Shown in pieces: positions 58,026-64,000 of a stretch of DNA of 64,000 nucleotides. Location: NCBI RefSeq assembly GCF_020745735.1, contig NW_026867473.1, positions 485,730-549,729 on the forward strand, read 5' to 3'. The translations under genes and the position numbers were made by a program. The DNA is from Hemiscyllium ocellatum (lineage: Eukaryota). A model generated the notes under the pieces. The model saw nothing but the letters and a program-made list of their open reading frames with translations, was not told the origin of the DNA and ran no database searches. Each line of letters starts with the position of its first letter. The stretch's first letter is position 1.

Positions 58026-61000
58026 ATTAGGAGAGGTTGGAAATCTTACAACCTTTAAAAATATTTGAATGAGCACTTGAAATAACATAACATTCAAGAC
58101 TATGTGACGAGTACAGGGATTTGGGATGACCATGCCTTTGGTGATAGTTAATATTAGTGAGAACTCGATAGGACAAAGGGCCTTTTCTGCACTGTCCAAC
58201 GATGATTTTATGAAAGGGCTGACACAACATTTAAAGTCAAGCATTCCAAATTTGCCAGAACATTTTTGATTTCAACTACATTAATAATGTATTGGTGGTA
58301 AAAACTTCAAATCTTTAAAGAATCTCTTGAAAAACCAATCTATAAAGCCCCACAAAACATGTCATTTGTCTAAAATATGCCGTTTAGTTTAGAAATCTGA
58401 TGGAGTGCTTGGGTCATTTGGGCTCAGCACTAACCTGGAGCATAACGAAAGAACACACAAAGTTTGATCTGAGGAGTAAAAGTAAATAGGAACACAAAAA
58501 CATATGATGTCATTTCATGTGGCACCATCTCATTACTTCAGGTTATCCCCAAGTGTCTTCACCATGAACTAATTCCTTTTGAATTGTAGTCACTATTGTT
58601 ATTTATGCAAAACATACCCATCAAGTTGCACCTACCAAATCCCATAAATTGTAAGAGGGAATCGGTTTTATGATATTGATAAAAGGATGAATGCAACCTT
58701 GGTCCCTCAGGACTCCTAGCTCCTATTCAATGAATGACTGAAGTCTCAGTTGTGCCCTAATTTGATTGTTGTGTGATACCAGGTTAAATTACAGCCTCAA
58801 CTTCATATTAGGACTTAACACACAAACTTTCCTTTATAGGAAATATGATGATTAAGAATGTAGTTGAATTCACTGTTTCCTTTTATTTTTATCAGAAGCT
58901 GAAGTTCCTGACTCATGTTCCACGGACCACAACTGCCTTCCGGTACCTCACTGTTATTGAGCAGTATTCAATAATGGAAGGAAATAAAGCAAAATCCTTT
59001 CTTCACTGAAATTCATAAACCCCAAGGCCACAGGGAGGTCATTGCATTATGATTGGAAGAGGGAAGCCCAACGGATTTCCAATATTCATTCATTAAACAT
59101 CACTGAAGCTGATCATTGTCGATAATCAGATTTCTCAGCATCAATCAAGGATGAAACCATCGATCTTCCTACTCTGAAAGACTGAAAGAATGGACTGAAA
59201 GAAGTGAGCATGAATGTTATTAATAACTCCAGTGATATTAGGTAGATGAGAACACTCAAGGATGATCCAACAGAAACTAGGAACAAATACCCTGGGGTGT
59301 CACTTCATCCTCTGTACTGACTTCACAGGGAAATATCTTCAATGGCAGAAGTGTGGACCTCTCCCAATGCCATGCCATAATAGATGGTGTCACCAATCAC
59401 AGCAACCCATGGCATTGTATTAGTGGTGAATCTGGCTGCCCACTTCCCTGTGTTGTTGGTGACTATGACTCCATCATTACTCCATCATCCAGTCCTCAGG
59501 TACTGAAGCCCAGCATCAGCATGTAGACATGCCTAATGTTCAGGGGTGGGTGGGGTTGAAACAGATAATAATACAAATTACCCAAACTTATTTTTTTTTT
59601 GTAAAGAATATATGAATGATTGACTTTGGAGTTTATTAGGCTCAGCTGCTCTGTTCAGTCTTCAAGCTTCAGAAGGGACTCATTCACTCCGTTCCATCTA
59701 ACCCTCTGTACAGGTTTTCATTTTCTTCTCATGGACTTGATGAACACCTCCTTCAACGGTGCTTACAATATTTCTCTCAACTACATGTGGCACTTTACAC
59801 CATATTCTGAAAGCTCTTTGGAGAAGACATTTCTCTTGAATTCTTTATTGGTCTAAATTGTGACCATCTTATATTGATGTCATCTGATTTTTATTCCTCA
59901 TATGCAGACACCACATTTTTACACCCACATCATCAAATCCCCTCAATTTTAAACATACATCAAAGTAGTTTCCTCCTTCTCCTTCCTATGTGAATACACC
60001 ACCTCTTAAAATTATTTTCCACTGTCTTGCCCAATCTGCTCACCTTTCTGGACTCTGCTATTTTACCACAACCTTCCTCAGTATTAGCCATAATCGCCAA
60101 TTTCCTGTCATCCACATAATTGTTATACCCCTGATCTCCAGGCACAATTACTTTCAGGACTAGTACCCTGTGGAACAACACATTCTGTCAGTCTGAACAA
60201 CTAACTTTTAGCTATAGTTTCTGTTTCTAACCCTATTGTTATCCATTCTGCTACTTCTGCCCTGCATCCATGTCATTACTCTCATTTACTACTAACCGAT
60301 CTTTTAAAAGTACAGACATAAACACACCCTCCCCAATTCCTTTACATATACTGTTATGTCACCAAACAATTCAATAAGGTTTGACACCAATGCTGACTGT
60401 TCTTTATTATATCTTCAGTTCTGGAGATTTTACCATTATAGCTTTGAGTAAAAAATGCAATATCTTTCCTACAACCAACTTTAAACTAGCTGGTCTGCAG
60501 ACCCAGGTTGCATTATTACTATGATTGTGATCCAGTAGCTGAAGATGAAGCAATAAAGCCAAATACTTTCATCAAATTAATTAATTAACAAATTTATACA
60601 AAACCAGTTAGCTCAATGAGCTCCCCTTGAACTTAAGGTGTCCAAAAGTTTAAAAACAAGTTTTAAATATCTGCCAAAATGCTCACTGTTTTGATATGAA
60701 TGCATTGTCTTTCATTTAGGGGGAGGCAATGGCCTAGCAGTATTATCACTGGGCCGTTTACCCAGAGACTTTAATAAGTACTCAACTCTAATTTCACAAA
60801 GGAATATATCCTTTTTAACAAGGTATTTTTCAATGATCTTTGTCTTCTCAATGCTGTCATTCCTATTCGAATGACTGTTTTTATGGGGTCGAGGTATAGA
60901 AATATATATATGTTAATATATACTACACACACATACACACTAACGTGATCTGGGACCCTGCACCCAATTCGCCACTGCAACATGGGGGAGGTGCAACACA

Positions 61001-62109
61001 GAATCAGCAGAATGATTCTGAGATTTAAAAAGTTTCAATGAGGCCAGGTTATATAATATACATTTGTATCAGCTTGATCAATATTTAAGGTAAAGATAGG
61101 TCAAGAGAGATTGTTTCCCTGGGAAAATGTCAGGGGAGAACAGCCCAGAAATAAGAGAGAAGCGTGAAAATTCAAGGAATACCTTTCAGGGTGATAAATG
61201 GATGTGCTTTCTATACAACACCACAGAGGGCTTGAAGATAATTCAATGCTGAGACAGATCGACTTTAATCAGTAAGGGAATCAGGCATTATGGGGAAAAG
61301 GCAGGCAAGTAGAGTTGAGGGTTATCAGATCAGCCATGAATTCATTAACTGGCAAGTTTTGTCAGAATCAATGAAAGATTACAATCTGAAATGTGAACTC
61401 TGTTTCTCTATCCACTGATGCCTCCTAATGTGCTAAATGTTTCCAGAATTTTCTGTTTTGATTCCTGGCATCCTAAGGCGATGTTGAATAATCTATTGGT
61501 TTGTTTTGTTCAGTTCCTTTAACACTATACTTGAGTCAATAGTCTTGGCATTGAGAACAATTATTCTCACATTTCCTCTCGTGTTAGTTTCTCAATTTTC
61601 CCTCAGTCCATTGAGGCTATGGTGAAACTGAGAGTTCAATAATTACAACAGAAGGTAAACGAAGATTTACTGACCTGGCCATTGGAGAGTAGAAGCTGCC
61701 AGATGGTACTTGAGACAGAGACATAGAACATACAGCATGACAACAAACTCTTCAGTCCAACCTGTTCACGCCAACCAAATATCCTAAATTCATCTAGTCC
61801 CACTTGCCAGCACTTGGACCATATCCCTCTAAACCCTTCTTGTTCATATACTCATTCAGATGCCTTTTAGATATTGTAATTGTACCAACCTCTATCACTT
61901 CTTCTGGCAACTCATTCCATTCACACACCACCCTCAGCATGAAAAGGTCCCCTCTCACCCTAAACCTCTGCCCTCCAGTCCTGGACTCCCCACCCCAACA
62001 GACTTTGTCTATTTACCCTATCCATTCCCCTCATGATTTTATATACCTCTATAAGGTCACCTCTCAGCCTCTGATGCTCCAGAGTTAACAGCCACAGCCT
62101 ATTTAGCTC

Positions 62110-63710
62110 TCTCAATAAATCAAACCGAGTTTGAAAAGATTTGTAACTCAGGTTGAGATTCTGGATGTGAGTTTGCTCACTGAGCTGAAAGGTTTGGTTT
62201 CAGATGTTTCATCACAGGCAAGGTAACATCATCAGTGAGCCTCCGGTGAAGTGCTGGTATTCTGTCCCACTTTCTATTTACGTGTTTAGGTTTGTTTGGG
62301 TTGGTGATGTCATTTCCGGTTCTTTTTCTGAGAAGATGGTAGATGGGTTCCAAATCAATGCATTTGTTGATAGAATTCCTGTTGCCATGCTTCTTGAAAT
62401 TCATGTGCTTGTCTCTGTTTGGCTTGTCCTAGGATAGATGTGTTGTCCCAGCCAAAGTGGTGTCCTTCCTTACCTATATATAAGGATACTAGTGAAAGTG
62501 GGTCATGTCTTTTTGTGGCCAGTTGATGTTCATGAATCCTGGTGGATAGTTTTCTGCCTGTTTGTCAAATGTAGTGTTTATTACAGTCCTAGCAAGGTAT
62601 TTTGTAGATGACTAGGAGAAAGTGAGGACTGCAGATGCTGGAGATTAGAGCTGAAAAATGTGTTGCTGGAAAAGCACAGCAGGTCAGGCAGCATCCAAGG
62701 AGCAGGAGAATTGATGTTTCGGGCATAAGCCTCAATTCTCGATTTTGTAGATGATGTTTGTTTTGCACGCTGTATAGGTGGTTTTCTTCTGCTCTTTGAA
62801 GTTCTACAGTGCTGCAGTGTGTGGTGGATCATTGAAATACTGTCCTAATGCAGCTTTGTTTGTGGGTGTTGGGATGATTGCTTCTGTAGTTCAGTATTTG
62901 GTCCATATGTGTTGTATTCCTGTGGATGTTCATTTGAAAGTCCCCATTGGCTGTCCGCTCTACTGTGACATCTAGAAATGGCAGGTTATTGTTGTTTTCC
63001 TCCTTCTTTATGAATTTCATGCCAGTAAGGATACTATTGATGATCTTGAAGGTTTCCTCTAAATTGTTTTGTTTACTGATGACAAAGGTGCCATCCATGC
63101 AACGAACTCAAAGTGTGGCTCGGATGGTTGGGAGAGTTGTTTGTTTGAGTCTCTGCATTCCTGTTTCTGCGAGGAACCCTGATCTCAGTGATCCTATGGG
63201 TGTTCCATTGATTTGCTTGAGGGTCCTGCTATTGAAAGTGAAGTGAGTGGTGAGGCATAGTTCCACCAGCTTGATGATGTTGTCCTTGCTGATCAAGTTG
63301 GTGGTGTTTGGTGTATGTGTCTTTGGTTTTTCTAATAGCGAAGTCAGTGTTTCTTTGGCCAGGTTGATGTTGATGGATGGGAACAGGGCTGTTACGTCAA
63401 AGGAGACCATTATGTCATCCACTTCTTTCTTGGTGTCTTTGATGAGGTTCAGGAGTTCTTAGGTGCAGTGATAGGAGTACTCTACTAAGTGCTTTAGACT
63501 TTTGTGGAGTTCCTTGGCTAGTCTGTATGTTGGTGTCCCTGGTAGTGAGACTGTGGGTCTGAGGGGGGCTCCTGGTTTGTGAACTTTGAGTAGTCCATAG
63601 AAGCATGCTGTGTTGGATCTGTCTGGTTTCATTTTTTGGAAGTCTGTCTTGTTCTCTCCTGATTTCTTAAGTTTTCTGAGTAAGGCTATGATTCAGTTCT
63701 CCAGTTGAAA
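62110..63710 (-). pseudogene. Penelope-like element RT and GIY-YIG fossil, with a nested terminal-repeat insertion
   Basis: MVSFDVTALFPSI, FTFNSRTLKQINGTPIGS, DGTFVI and LPFLDVTVER...LNYRSNHPNTHK (ORFs 62829-63422, minus). Nested insert 62612-62741 has the 13-bp TSD ATTTTGTAGATGA (62599-62611, 62742-62754). Confidence 0.85.
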
Positions 63711-64000
63711 CCCTCCAACCCTGGCAACATCCTTGTAAATCTTTTCTGAACCTTTTCTGCACTCCAAGCAACACTTGTCAGGACCTTACCATTAAGTGTA
63801 TAAGTCCTGCCCTGATTTACCTTTCCAAAATGCAGCACCTCACATTTATCTAAACTACATTCCATCTGCCACTCCTTGGCCTCGTGGTCTATCTGATCAA
63901 TATCCCATTGTACCCTGAAGGTGCAGTGTACAGTAAAGAAGTTTACCTCAAATGTTGGTGTCATCTGCAAACGTACTCACTATACCTCCTGTGTTCACAT
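63710..64000 (-). mobile_element. CR1 RT fragment
   Basis: Minus-strand QMTP (FADDTK region)...KEWQMECSLDKCEVLHFGKVNQGRTYTLNG. Confidence 0.75.

Overview
Repeat-rich vertebrate DNA. The protein sequences and the HE1 SINE / HER1-type CR1 LINE repeats point to a shark, probably nurse-shark or bamboo-shark-like (inference). The only host gene is an apparently intact IgM heavy-chain constant gene on the + strand: Cmu1 9171-9479, Cmu2 ~12592-12897, Cmu3 ~14878-15186, Cmu4 plus secretory tail 15634-16025, TM1 18790-18917 and TM2 19057-19065. I found no V, D, J or RSS in the window. Downstream lie (i) a class I retroviral env fragment whose transmembrane subunit is uninterrupted but whose SU is missing, followed by a PPT and LTR (28771-30756); (ii) a 70-bp minisatellite; (iii) a near full-length decayed CR1 LINE; (iv) a 9.4-kb provirus (41841-51223) with ~99% identical LTRs and a perfect 4-bp TSD but only frameshifted fossil RT and integrase motifs inside, which suggests a recently mobile non-autonomous ERV; (v) a CpG-eroded tRNA-Glu inside a CT-rich satellite; and (vi) many Penelope-like insertions carrying hammerhead-ribozyme cores. 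There is one assembly gap (N, 29690-30047). Repeat boundaries are approximate unless a TSD is quoted. No database searches were run.
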